From: Eledone cirrhosa
Lineage: Eukaryota
Length of the DNA: 64,000 nucleotides
Direction of reading: 5' to 3'
NCBI GenBank assembly: GCA_964016885.1
Contig: OZ024743.1
Span: 288,114,001-288,178,000 of the forward strand
Shown one piece after another: positions 1 through 13,616 of this stretch. The notes below the pieces were generated by a model, which was not told the origin of the DNA, ran no database searches, and saw only the letters and a program-made list of their open reading frames with translations. The first letter of the stretch is position 1; each line of letters starts with the position of its first letter. The translations under genes and the position numbers were made by a program.

Positions 1-1309
1 AATAATAATAATATTCATATCGATGATTACAAGAGAAGCAAGCAACACGTGATCATTAAGTAGCTCACCAAAGACACGATGGCGTTTTTAGAATATGGAA
101 AAACATGAGTAAGAAAGATTAGAAAAAAAATAATAATAACAATAACAAAATATTATAATAAAATATAACAGCAGATGTTGGAGATTGCTTTAAAATCTAA
201 TTCAACGGAAATATAATCTTTTCGTTATTTCTTTCATTAGAATTTGTAAAAATCTTTGATTCTCTGCTAAAGAACAGGCGTGTGTGTTTTTTTTTTTTTG
301 TCTTTTGATCTACTTTTTGTTCGTTAGGTTTTCTTTAATTTTACACCTTGACTGTATTTCACATATAAATGATAATTTTATAAATGCAAATTTAATTAAT
401 ATTTGATCAACTTTGTGTTCGAATCGTGTACGCAGGCATAGCTGAGTAATTGTGTGATGTCTTTGACAACTGACTTTACTATTGACTCAAGTTGACCCAA
501 GTTTTGTGAGTGGAATTAGGTTGACGGCAACTGTGTGGAAGTCCGTTGGATTGATTTAAAAGTGTAATGTAAAGACTCAGCCGTATCATATATTGTGTTA
601 CAATGATTCGGGCTTTGAGTTATGCTAATGCTAAATGCATCTGTGGAATATTCAACCACATACACGTTAATCTACGAGTACGACATAAGTTAATTGAACT
701 GTTCAATGCTCATCGTCGAAACCGATGATGGAGGACAGATTTTTTTCTGACAGTAGAATGATGAGATGAGGTAAGGCACTTAAATTAGCGAACACAGGTT
801 GGATTCCTTGTTGAGTCACCTTAATTCATTTAACCTCAGTTAATTGCAAAATATGAGATGTGTTATTTGCAGGGTGTTATATACAGGGTGTTCCTTAAAA
901 GGTTTCTCGACGAATCCATTGCTGTGGAAATATTTGGCTTTATTAGGTCCCCAAGCCACCTCACTGTACCGATCGCGATTGATTCACTTTTTAGCGTATC
1001 TCCCTCGTCATTCTCTGGGATAACGTATTTAACATTCTGTTCGCTGGGTCTGTGAATCAACAACAATAAAATAAAAACCATTATAAAAAAATCTAACGCA
1101 TTTGATGAAATAGATTTTTGAAGAAACACATTTTCAAACAAGAAGTATTCTTTATTTAATTTCTGGTTATGAATTATGAATATATACATTACTTTCTTCA
1201 AACATATGCTGCTATTGCTGGCAACCACTGACTCTCTCTCTCTCTCTCCCACACACACATATATATATAATGAAAAGAGGATGCACAGAAACTATCATAT
1301 ACTCTTCCT

Positions 1310-1990
1310 TCAGGTGAAAACCTTATGGCATCCAACAACACAAGAGACCTGGAAATAATTGTTGATAATAACTTTAGCTGGGCGATTCATATAAACAGCA
1401 AAGTTTACATGGCCCACAGGATGTGTTATTGGATTCTCAGAACTTTCCAGTCGGGAGATATCCACACCATTATCCTTCTCTTCTCTACAATCGCCCGGCC
1501 CTACGTTGAATAATGTTGTCCACTGTGGTCTTCTCATACGAAACAAAGTATTATGAAAACTGAAGCACTTCAAAGGTCAATCACAAAGGACTAGACGTTA
1601 TAACAGGAATTGACTGTTGGGGTCGACAAGAAACGCCCAATCTCTACTCTCTTCAACGCCACCGCGAGGGTTACATTATCTGCATGATGTGGAAAATATT
1701 CCATCAATATTGCCCAAATGATGTTGGTATCATCTTTAAATATACCTAAGGCTTGGGCCCCGTGCTGTCCGCCTAGAACAAAAGTCAAACTTGAATCTCA
1801 GAACAACATAATGGCATAATTATTTCACTTAAACTGGTCCCGCTCTCTCTAACATTACGCCAAAACACAGAAAAACAGAAGCAGATCCCATAATATTCAA
1901 AATGTCTCCAAGAAATTCCGAATAACCCCCCTACATCCGGATATGTCTCCGAAAACAATAACTCTTTACTTTAGTGGGCCATGGTGTCCG
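1310..1990 (+). mobile_element. Decayed CR1/L2-group LINE, RT C-terminal fragment
   Basis: Translates to TRDLEIIVDNNFSWAIHIN...WILRTF...LFSTIARPYVE*CCPLWS, the RDLG.../RP.LEY...W thumb region of CR1/L2-group ORF2. Has stops and frameshifts; boundaries approximate. Confidence 0.75.
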
Positions 1991-2097
1991 AATCATGATT
2001 TGAAAGACTTCGCCACGTGGTGCTATTAATTTAGACATGACCTGGGCCAATAACGGCCGAAACCTATCAAAGTGATCAAAGTTTATATAAATACACA

Positions 2098-2207
<110 letters not shown>

Positions 2208-2297
2208 AATATATATATATGTATGTATATGTAGGCGGTGAGTTATATTGTAGAACAATAAAAGTATGCATATATCAGATAAGAAGCACTCTATATG

Positions 2298-2336
<39 letters not shown>

Positions 2337-2639
2337 GTATTCGTGAGTGTGTGAATATATAAATGCATGCAAGTTTAGAAAAACAACAACATAAATCACA
2401 TATCATCCCACCTCCACAGAAACTCTAGTAAAATGAACGCCAATCATAATTAACAAAGAAAAAAACAGATACAATACTTAATCACTGTGTCCTCCCCTCA
2501 AATGGCAATTGCTTGTCATATCTAAGACGAGGATATACACTCATCAAGCCTGATGATGATGATCATGATGATGATGATGAGAATGACGGTGGTGCTGCTG
2601 CTGCTACTACTACTACTACTACTACTACTGATAATAATA

Positions 2640-3790
2640 ATTTTTTCTACTTTTGTAACAAGGCCAGCAATTACCACAATACATTACTGGTACTTCATTT
2701 TCTCGAACCCGTAAGGATGAAAGGCAAAGTTAACCTCAGCAGGATTTGAACTCAGAACGCAAATGGCCATGACTCTATGCTGCAAGGCATGGAGTCTGAC
2801 GCTCTACCGATACTGTCAATCCACAATAATAATAATTTCTAATTTGGGCACAAGATTAGTAATTAGAGAGGAGGCGTCGATCGATTTGACCTCAGTACTT
2901 GACTGATATTTTATTTGATCGCCACCCTGAGGGATGAAATTCAAAGTTACACTTCGTGGGATTTGAACTCAGAACAGAAAGTATCTGAACAAATACCACA
3001 TAAATGTTTCGAATTTGATTTCTACTATAGGTACAAGGCCAGCAATTTTGAGAGAGAGGAAAGTGCATTACTGGTGCTTTATTTTATCGACCTCGAAAGG
3101 ATGAAAAGCACAGCTAACCACGGTGGGATGCGAACTCAGAACGTAAAAGGCCGTAACTCTATACCACAAAGCATGTTATCCGACGCCCTACCGCTACAGC
3201 CAACCTTATAAGTGTTTCTAATATAAGAACACCTTCAATCAACTGAAAATGAATATCAGCAGCAGCAGCTGGCCCCTGGGCTGGGTGGCGGGGTTCAATT
3301 TGTAACGGTTTAGAGTACCTTCTTGTACTCTCGATCGCAAAACATCACACAAAACCAGGATAAGCTCCCGTCTGATGATCTCAGTTCAAGAAAAACTAAC
3401 CTGACATAGATTGAAATGTATACGCTTATAATCTACAGCGGTACATGACTGATATTTATTTATTTTATCGATCCTAGTGAGCACTGAATCCTAAACTTGT
3501 AAATTCTGGAATGATTTTAGGCTGAGTGGAGTCCGTAGAGATTTAAACTTAGAGGGTGATGTATTATAATAGTTTCTGATTTTGTCACAAGTCCAACAAT
3601 TTTAGAGGGAGGGGAGAGTAAAGTCGATTAAATCGACACCAGTGCATTACTGGTACTTTATGTTATCGACTCTGTAAAGATGAAAGGAAAGCTAAACTCG
3701 GCTGGATTTGAACTGAGAATGTAAAGGGGCGTAACTCTATGCCCAGAAAATATGTTTTCTGACGTTCTACTCATAATACCAATCCACCGC
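2640..3790 (-). mobile_element. Cluster of about 4 diverged copies of tRNA-derived SINE family A
   Basis: Repeated reverse-complement B-box (ggatttgaactcag), central domain (ttatcgacc...aaggatgaaaggcaaag) and 3' tail (ttctac...acaaggccagcaatt) at about 2643, 2836, 3018 and 3572. Confidence 0.8.
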
Positions 3791-4536
3791 CCGCTGTGAA
3801 GTACTATAATACGATATTGTAAGTATCTTTGTCAAAATTTCTGCCGTTTCTGCGTATGGTTAACAAGAGAAGATAAAAACAATTTTCAGCATGAGTGACT
3901 AGATATGGTCATTCGGTTTGCTAGAGATAGAAACCAAATCTCTTTTGAACATAACATTGACGCATTACATAATGTATTGCAGAAAATGACGGGGTGGTCA
4001 TGGTCAGAACGCCTTTTAACACATATTTGTTCACTATGAGATGACTAGGGACTAAATAACGATGACAACTGCACATAAATAAATGTAAAGCAGCCACACA
4101 CAGAAGCTTATGCACACGTGAACATAAATACAGCCCCTCACTCCCACACAAAGAGCTCCCCAACATATATGTATCTCTCTCTCATTCTCTTTCTCTTTAT
4201 ATATATATATATATATATATATAATTATGTGAATGAAGAATATCGTGCTGCGTTGTTGCGAACATGAACATATGAATAAAAATAGACCAAGAGATAAAAT
4301 GTCCTCATCAGTAGTCTGCTGATATCGTTGGTATTTCGACGCATTAAAGACTAGATACCTAAAATCAGTGCGAGCGATAACTCAATTAAGTTATCGGGAC
4401 AGTGGGAAAACATATATATAATATATTATAAACATTATATATAATATAATATATATACATTATATATAATATAATATAATTATTATATTATATATATATA
4501 ATGTATATAATATAATATAAGTATATATATATACAT

Positions 4537-4592
<56 letters not shown>

Positions 4593-5586
4593 CATACATT
4601 CACAGATACATTAGCATACAAAGTTACTAAAAGGCAGTCATATAAATGCATAACATATGCTGTCGTAGACATAGGTTGAAATATACAAGCGTACATTAAA
4701 ATCATGCGACAGTAACAGATATACGGACACACACGAACATTTACGAATTCATGCGAAAACATATGCTTGCATTTAAAGTGGTATATACACACAAATATTT
4801 ATACAAACAGGGTAAAAGGAAACGCATACATACATGCATAAACACAAATATACAAACTTACGTTTTAATGTGTATAAGTATACACCATACATAAATACAT
4901 TTATATATACATACATCCATATAGATATAAATAGTCATACATACACATATATATATCCATAAACATATACACAAAGACATGCACACATACATACATACAT
5001 ACATACATACATACATACATACATACATACATACATACATACATACATGCATAAACGGACCCCGGCAAAAAAGACGCAATTATACACACTTGCCGAATGT
5101 ACAAAACAATCACATACACGCACACACACACACACTCACACTCACACTCACATATACATACACACTCACACACCCACACGCACATATACATAAACACGCA
5201 CACACACTCACACAGACACACACACACATATACAAACACACACACAGACATGCGCGTACGCACACACATACATATATACACACATTTACCCCTATATTAC
5301 ACGTAGGGAAATACAAACACCAACGGGAACACACATACATCTCTACGCAAATACACACACACATACACACGCATACACATATACATATACAGACACATTT
5401 ATACGGCTTCCATTCATAATAGATAAACCTATGACAGATTTATTTTGGGACATCAAGTTGTCGGGCTTGAAAATTGAAACTGTCAAAACTTTTCTCTTTA
5501 CCGGGTCAATTTTCTGTTCTTTTTTTGTTGTGCGTGTGACGGCGGTGAGACACCTAGGGGGTGTAGTATTTTTAATAATAATTTTC

Positions 5587-5628
<42 letters not shown>

Positions 5629-5829
5629 ATAATAATAATAATAATAATAATAAGAACAACAACAACAGAATGAGGGAAAACTAATACAAACAACTACAAA
5701 ACATGAACGAAACAACAAAAAGTAAACAAAAAGTAAAGGAAAAGAAAAAAAACCCCAAAAAATTTTGTTTTTCTTGTTTTTTTGCTTCAAAGAAACCAAC
5801 AAATACAAAACAGAAACTGAAATGACAGA

Positions 5830-6805
5830 AAGTTACGAAGAAATAGAAGAATCAACCACAGAAATTCTGAAAGGGCTAAATTTTGAGCTATAAATCCGGT
5901 TGCGGCATGCCATGATAAAGCGTTAGTAAGAAAGGCCACTAACTGGCCAATAAAGAAAAAAACGTTGAGCAGAGTGGAAGAAGACAAGGGGTATACGTCA
6001 CACTGTCAACACTGGTAACTGGCACAAAAATGATACTGAATATTTATTTATTGTGACACAAGATCAAAACTTCCTAACCAGAAACCAACAAAGGCATATG
6101 ACTGCAGAATATGTAGACATAGGGAAGAAACAATTAACTACAGTGTCTCTGTCTTCCCAGTCTTAGTCCAGAAGGAATATATCTGCAAACATGTTAAAAC
6201 TGGAATGTACACATACTAGACGTTATGCCAGCATTACTACCAGAAAGGAGATGTCATTGGCATATGCCAGATAAAGGCTAAGGGAATGACAAAGCAACCA
6301 CACCCTGAGATATTCTCCGAGTACCGGTCGCTCTCTGACAGGTTTGCGGTCGTGCCCTCGGCAGTGGAGAGTTCTGGTGTCCTTGGTCCCCTACTTACCA
6401 CCATGGGCGCTGAGCTGGCCAGCCGCAGGTGTGAGCCTCGTGAGATGTAATGGCTTCTTCAGCTCATCTCCCTAACCATCTTCCGAGGAAACGCCTTCTC
6501 CGTTCTGTCCGCCGGGGCTGTGGGGCGGCCAACACATGGGACCACATTTGCTCATAATACAGAGAGATGGGGATGGCGAGAGAGATGGAGGCGGTGACAG
6601 TGGGAGTTCGGCTTTTCCGTATTCGGACGCATTGCACCTGTCATGTGGATCATGTGATATTTTTTCTATCTTTTACTACCCTTGCTTTTCATCCTCCCAA
6701 TTAGATTAAGACATATGCCAATAAACACAGACAAGGAGATCAATGCTAATCAACCAGATATCGTTGTCAAAGAGTCGGAAAAGAAATGCCTCGCAATTGA
6801 CTTAT
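5830..6805 (+). mobile_element. Decayed R4/Dong-like RLE LINE fragment, interrupted
   Basis: A QDQ..TRN-like segment near 6060 and MPINTDKEINANQPDIVVKESEKKCLAIDL at 6716-6805, which matches the PD..D restriction-like endonuclease motif. Confidence 0.6.
6315..6540 (+). mobile_element. CRE-like RLE LINE C-terminal fragment nested in the R4-like remnant
   Basis: GC-rich island translating to YRSLSDRFAVVPSAVESSGVLGP...WLLQLISLTIFRGNAFSVL, matching the F.P.AVE..G..G / IS....RGNA C-terminus of CRE-clade elements. Confidence 0.65.
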
Positions 6806-6829
6806 CAGTAACAGGACGACGACAATTTT

Positions 6830-7010
6830 GACTTTTGATTTAGGCACAAGGCCAGTAATTTGGGAGTGGAGAAATGAATTAAATCGACTCCAGTACGTGA
6901 CTGGTACTTTACTTTATCGATCTCAGGCAAAGCTAACCTCGGCGGATTTGAACTCAGAACGTAAAGGGCCGTAATTCTATACCGTAAAACTATGTCCAAC
7001 ACTCTACCAA
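6830..7010 (-). mobile_element. SINE family A copy
   Basis: Tail ggcacaaggccag, central domain and ggatttgaactcag B-box, all in reverse complement. Confidence 0.8.
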
Positions 7011-7115
7011 CACCAAGAAATAATATATGTAAAGTTTTAGTGTGTTTCTGAATGGCTAACACACGTATACACGCGCGTACGCATATACACACACACACGC
7101 ACACACACGCACGAA

Positions 7116-7192
<77 letters not shown>

Positions 7193-7697
7193 ACTTACGT
7201 ACACACACACATGTTATTCAATAAAGTTATGTTTCATACGAAATTTTAAAGAAGATAACTAGTCCTGCGAGAGTCTTATATTCAAAGAATTAATATAGCC
7301 TCTTTATTTAAACTATTGAGAACATCAGTCTGGCATTCTCGACTGCTACTGATACTCTGTGATGTGTTCACGGAGAAAAATAGAGAAAAATAATTTTTTC
7401 GTTGCGAAAAAATATTTTTACCCTTTGATAGCGAGGCTACCAATATGTCGATTGTATATAAACAATCAATATATGCTCTCATGTACACACCTATTAGGCT
7501 TAAACGCTGTCTTACGCTGCATGTACACGTGCATGTGAGTGTATGCTTATGTATGGGAGTATGTGCGTCTGTGTGTTTACGTGTGTGTCTGTGAATACTT
7601 GTATAGTTATGTATGGATGTACGTATGTACACGTTTGTATGTTTGGGTAAGTTGTATGTGGTTATTAGTCTATGTAATAGGTGTACATTATTTCTTC

Positions 7698-7878
7698 TGG
7701 ATTGGCAGTATCGTTAGAGGGTCAGACGCCATGCTTTCCAGCATAGTTACGTCCCTTTACGATCTGAGTTCAAATCCCGCCGAGGTTGACTTTGCCTTTC
7801 ATCCTTATGGGGTCGATGAAATAAAGTATCAGTCATGCACTGGGTAATTGCTGGCCTTGTGCCTAAAGTAGAAACAAT
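7698..7878 (+). mobile_element. SINE family A, near full length (about 180 bp)
   Basis: A-box tggcagtatcg, B-box gagttcaaatcc, central gactttgcctttcatcc...ggggtcgat, tail tgctggccttgtgcctaaagtagaaacaat. Confidence 0.9.
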
Positions 7879-8068
7879 TATTTCTTCGTAGTGTGTGCGT
7901 GTGTATCTGCGTGTCTGCGGATTCTTTATGTATACACACCCACACACACATATATATATATATATGCATATGTGTACACGTTAGTATGTTTTGGTGAGAT
8001 TATGTGGGAGTTGGTCGTCTGCGTATATAGATGTGTTTATGTACATACATATATATACATACATATAT

Positions 8069-8103
<35 letters not shown>

Positions 8104-8144
8104 GAGAGTAAAACAAAGAAGCCTTCAATACATCAAAAGTCTTT

Positions 8145-8189
8145 ATTAGCCGACAATGTTTCGTCCTATTAAGGACTCATCAGGCCAAT
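8145..8189 (-). ncRNA. Type I minimal hammerhead ribozyme (imperfect stem I)
   Basis: Minus strand reads attggc CTGATGA GTCC ttaata GGAC GAAAC att GTC ggctaat. Confidence 0.8.
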
Positions 8190-9727
8190 TAGAACAACAA
8201 GAAGTAATATCGGCAGATACAAGCCGGAAGCTCCGAAGAATATGGAGTGTACATACACTAAAGTATTGCAAAAATATATAATACAAATAATAAAAATATA
8301 TAATAAAAATAATAAAAATTACTAAGGATGTATATAACATTAAGAACCATATTACAAATATAGTCCAAAGCAAAAAACCTAGAGCTAAACAAAGGTGGTT
8401 ATATAGAGCAGGAATTATATATAATACAATGTAATATAATTTAATATACCTTTACCAACATTAAAATTACAATAAAAATCAAAAGGTACAATATGCATAT
8501 GTATATATGTGCGCACACGTACACACACATACACATACAACAATACACACATCCATCTTCAACTGCACAAATTAAACCTTATTAAGAGTTTGAATATAAA
8601 AATAAGCATGATATGAATGAAAATGATAATAATAATAATACTAATACATCTACCCAATATACATGAGGTAATAATATGATATAATTATAAGTAGCACATA
8701 TAATAAATAATAAACAATACAATTATATACTATATAATACAATATAATAGAATGGATAATCTCCGGTTAATTTACACAAACAATATAGATGTCACAATAA
8801 TAATATAATAATAATATACTAACATTTATAATATACAATATACTAACATTTATAATAAACAATATATAATGGTACTCAAGTTAACAAATCAATTCATACT
8901 GGGTTACAGAGTAGGTGAGGAAAAATAAATTGTACAATACCCCCAAAAAAATTTTGATGGTACAAAAAATATACAAACATCTTACATGATATATAAAGTT
9001 TAACATATCATAATGTTACATATAATTAACGGTAAGTAATAAGGATCAATATTACAATAAAAAATACAATATAATATAATATATTATATAAAATAAATTA
9101 ACATAATATAATATATAATTACTTATAATTACAAGGTTGGTAGACAGACATGTATATGGATGAGTGAGTAAGTGCCAGACAGTAAATATAATGCACAGTA
9201 GTATTACAAATAAAATGTAAAATATAAAATATAGAATAAATAAATAAATAGAATCAACCGGAAATTAAAAAAACAAAAACAAACGTATACATTTAGGTCT
9301 CACATGCAGTTAAGTAGTTAAGTAAAAACTAAGGAAATAACCCCGGTAAATGACTCGAAAACCCTATTTGATAAATTAATATTAAAAATATTTAAACTAT
9401 CCAATAAGGCAGTATAATATTAGCTATAGTTTAAGTAATTAAAGTTTATAAATGTTAATATTTCGTTACAAATGTTTATTAAGGTAAAGGTATATTAAAT
9501 TATATTACATTGTATTATATATAATTCCTGCTCTATATAACCACCTTTGTTTAGCTCTAGGTTTTTTGCTTTGGACTATATTTGTAATATGGTTCTTAAT
9601 GTTATATACATCCTTAGTAATTTTTATTATTTTTATTATATATTTTTGCAATACTTTAGTGAATGTACACTCCATATTCTTCGGAGCTTCCGGCTTGTAT
9701 CTGCCGATATTACTTCTTGTTGTTCTA

Positions 9728-9772
9728 ATTGCCCTGATGAGTCCTTAATAGGACGAAACATTGTCGGCTAAT
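9728..9772 (+). ncRNA. Type I minimal hammerhead ribozyme
   Basis: attgcc CTGATGA GTCC ttaata GGAC GAAAC att GTC^ggc(t)aat. Intact core; predicted cleavage after 9765. Confidence 0.85.
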
Positions 9773-10433
9773 AAAGACTTTTGATGTATTGAAGGCTTCT
9801 TTGTTTTACTCTCTTAATTTTTCGGCTATGTTTAACTACCTTGAGCTATACCTTTTACTGTCATTTCTATAATACGAAGAGGGTGTTTAACTCCAACACG
9901 CTCCAGTATTTTAGCCCTTATATATATATATATTTAGGTATATACATACATACATACATACACACACACATATATATAAATATATATATATTTATATATA
10001 TGTATGCGCGCGTGTGTGTGTGTGCATGTTTGTCTTGTAGGCCACCTCAACTCTGCAATTTTAATATATCAATAGCTATTATTTATTTTAATCTTTTCTC
10101 TAAGACTATAATTAATATGACGATTTCAGGGATTTAAAGAATTAAAGATTTAAGATAAACTTGCCTCCGTTTGAACATTATTAATAGAAGAACGAATTAG
10201 TTCCCTTCCTTTTCTAGTACTGATAAACGGGAATGCGTCCTATAAGTTATTTAACTACAAAGAAGTATTGCCGATATGACAGATATAATAATATTAATAT
10301 TTTCCTTCGTATTTAACGAATTTCTACCTGTTTTGACCTTTGCAAAGCAAAGCACCCTCTTTTTGCACTTTTTCCCTTGATATTTTAAAATATTTCCACC
10401 AATTTTAGTTTTTCTAGAACACACACACACACA

Positions 10434-10445
10434 TATATATATAAT

Positions 10446-10479
<34 letters not shown>

Positions 10480-10531
10480 ATATATATATAATATATATAT
10501 ATATAATATATATATATATATAATATATAAT

Positions 10532-10565
<34 letters not shown>

Positions 10566-10666
10566 ATATATATATAATATATATATATATAATATATATA
10601 TATATATAATATATAATATATATATATATATAATATATATATATATATATAATATATATATAATAT

Positions 10667-10721
<55 letters not shown>

Positions 10722-10743
10722 ATATATATATAATATATATATA
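10434..10743. repeat. Long interrupted (TA)n/(TAA) microsatellite, one of dozens in the window
   Basis: Direct reading. Confidence 0.95.
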
Positions 10744-10746
10744 AGG

Positions 10747-10932
10747 GTGGTGGATTGGCAGTATCAGTAGAGGGTAGGACGCCATGCTTTCCAGCATAGT
10801 TACGTCCCTTTATGATCTGAGTTCAAATCCCGCCGAGGTTGACTTTGCCTTTCATCCTTACGGGGTCGATAAAATAAAGTACCAGTAATGCACTGGGTAA
10901 TTTGCTGGCCTTGTGCCTAAAGTAGAAACAAT
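10747..10932 (+). mobile_element. SINE family A, full length
   Basis: ggtggtggattggcagtatc...gagttcaaatcccgccgagg...agtagaaacaa. Confidence 0.9.
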
Positions 10933-10983
10933 ATATATATATATAATATATATATAATATATATATATATATAATATATATAT

Positions 10984-11034
<51 letters not shown>

Positions 11035-11628
11035 TATATATATATCATATATATATATATTGCTTTCACTTAAGTGTGAAAGAGATCGAGTTAAAGGGAA
11101 ATTGAAAACAATAATTATTATTTTTCGGGAATATGAAAATATAATGACTAAGATGAATTTAAGAAGATAACTAATAGTTTAATATATACATGTAACACAC
11201 ACACACACACATACACACACACTTACAGATAACCACGCCAATATATATATATATATGTGTGTGTGTGTGTATTACTGAAGCTCATTATTCATAGACGCCA
11301 TCCGCAAAAGGTAATATTGTTAGTTTTGCCATATTTAATGGAGCGAAGTTCACAAATCTAATCCAAATATTGGTGGATATAGATATAGATAGATAGAGAC
11401 ATAAATATATAGAGATACAAAGCAGCTCAACTCCAGCTATGAGTTAAATATCCCCCAAAACACGCAATTGGCCAAGCATGGTGAGCCCGGTTCTACCCCG
11501 AAGATATGACCAACATCAAAAGTGGTGGAGGTCAAACTAGAAGGGATTCCTCCAACAGGAGTGAGAAACCCTGGATTGGATTGGAGTGAGCAACTAAATA
11601 GAGGAATATATAGATAGATCCTTATAGA

Positions 11629-11943
11629 CAGGGTAGGCTTTAAACCTTAGGGGGCCCGGGGCACTTCAGGTTTGGTGGTGGTGGTAGTGGGGGCTCATGC
11701 TAAAAAATTAGAATACACAGCAAGCCCCTCAATTTTACATATCAAAGTTATCTTGGTACAAGTAATTGGAATTGAAACATTATACATACAGGTATTAAAT
11801 AAAAAAAATGTTAACCATCCTAAAACTAAAAAGCCCAGCTGAGGGCACAAATAAATTGCTGCACCTGTCGCTGATGGGACGCCCTACTACATGGGACCCG
11901 GGGAATGTTCACCCCCTTCCCCCTTTCATTAAATCCGGCCTTG
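11629..11943. mobile_element. Non-autonomous hAT-like MITE
   Basis: Imperfect TIRs cagggtaggcttta / taaatccggccttg and an 8-bp TSD cttataga / catataga (7/8 match). Confidence 0.65.
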
Positions 11944-13454
11944 CATATAGATATATACATACACAGATATATACACACACACATACACACAAACATATAC
12001 AAGCATTGTGAAAATTTGAAATTTAAGATAACCATTATAATAGTCGATTACAATAAATAATAGTTGAAAGAATCGGACTGAGTATTTCTAGAGACGAAGA
12101 AATCTGTACGGAGGCACCTGGGAGGAATTGAACCCCCAAATCACTACGCTAAAGAGCCGCTGACCAGTAATTCCGTCGCACGCGCCACTGTTCTCTTTTT
12201 TCCGCCCATAGGGGGTCTTTATCTGATTTACTCAACTTATGTTTACTCTGATCGACTATTTTTATGGTAATTTTCGTTGGGAGCATACATTTCTAATTTC
12301 AAATTTTACCAATGCTTCTTAAGTCAACCGTTTTGTTTGCACCTCTAGCCACAGAGGGAATCTTCTAGAAAGACAGAACTGCTGTCCAGCGCATCTTACA
12401 GTAGTAGTTAACGCATTTGCCCGGCATCCGAGAGATAGGGGTTTCAACTTCCCACAGATACCTATGTTCACCTTTGTCCGTCTTCAGAGCTACGTTACTC
12501 TAGTTCCTCAACTACTATTTATAATGATCGACCATAAATTATGGGATGCTCACATTTCATATGGGGCTTTTAGGGTCAAAGAGGAGCGGGTTAATTTTCG
12601 TGAAATGCTACGTTACACGGATAAAAAAGCAGATACCAATTTCTGATAAATATTCTTCGTGTCAATCGACGATACTCAATTAGAACAATATGAAGCTTAA
12701 TATAAATATTGTTTTCTGTCTGTATTGAGCTGTAAAAATATTAATTATTTTTTCAAAATATTTGCGTAAAAACATGTTGTCAAATTTTAACTCAATATCT
12801 TGGATTGACTGTCAACCGCCTGGGTATCATACTTCTTTCCTGCAAAAATTAATTTTTAATCAAGAAATTATTGTACGCAGACACACATAATTTGCCTAAT
12901 AATATTGATTCGGGTGGAGGGGAAAGTCGATTATATCGATCTCAGTTCTATACTGGTACTTTATTTTATCGACCTCGGAAGGACGAACGGCAAAGTTCAC
13001 TCCAGCGGAATTTGAACTCAGAACGTAAAGAACCTGAACAAATACTGTTAAACACTTGTCTGACGCTCAAACGACTCGGCTAATCGAAAGTTCTTATTTG
13101 CTTAATAATATTTCAAAATATGCTTTAGCACCCGCTAAACTCACAAGGAGCCACAAAAGCCAGTGCTTGGTTGCTTTTATTCTCTAAAGTGGACAATGGA
13201 GAAGTTTGCCGTTGATACACAACCACTCGATCTCACATAACATCAACAGATGATCTTGTGTCTAGTCTCAAGAGTTACATAAACTCTGGTTGTATACAAG
13301 AAGATGGGTGTACACGTGACAGTGTGATTACGCAGTTCCAATATCGACCTCAGTACTTATTTACTGAAGTTTGTTACTTATTTTATCAATCTAATTTACG
13401 AGAGTCATAAGCAATCAGTAAACGTAAACACAGACACATATAGTACACTCACCC

Positions 13455-13616
13455 ACACATGGCGGGCTTCTACGCTCTTCCAAATTTCCCTTACAATGCA
13501 TTGGTAAATCCGAGTCTATAATAGAAGACATTGGCTCCAGGTGCTACGCAGTGTGACTGAACCCGAAACCACGTGCTTGCGAAGTGAATTCCTTAACCAC
13601 AGAACCATGCCTGCGC
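13455..13616 (-). mobile_element. tRNA-derived SINE family B
   Basis: Minus strand gcaggcatggttctgtggttaag...gggttcagtc. Related copies at about 431-545 and 60081-60240 (+). Confidence 0.7.

Larger units (their letters stand above)
8100..9920 (-). mobile_element. PLE-type insertion: non-coding 3' part plus inverted pLTR with tail, in (TA)n
   Basis: About 340 bp near-identical inverted repeat (8100-8456 vs 9483-9817). The right arm continues about 100 nt to the TA tract. Both arms hold an HHR. Confidence 0.8.

Noticed and set aside
863-1258. 131-aa ORF next to a tacagggtgttcc mariner-like terminus
   Set aside because: No recognisable protein motif and no matching second TIR was found.
4225-4410. 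CTGATGAGGAC on the minus strand in a TA-flanked insert
   Set aside because: No complementary stem II or GAAA follows, so it cannot be folded as a hammerhead.
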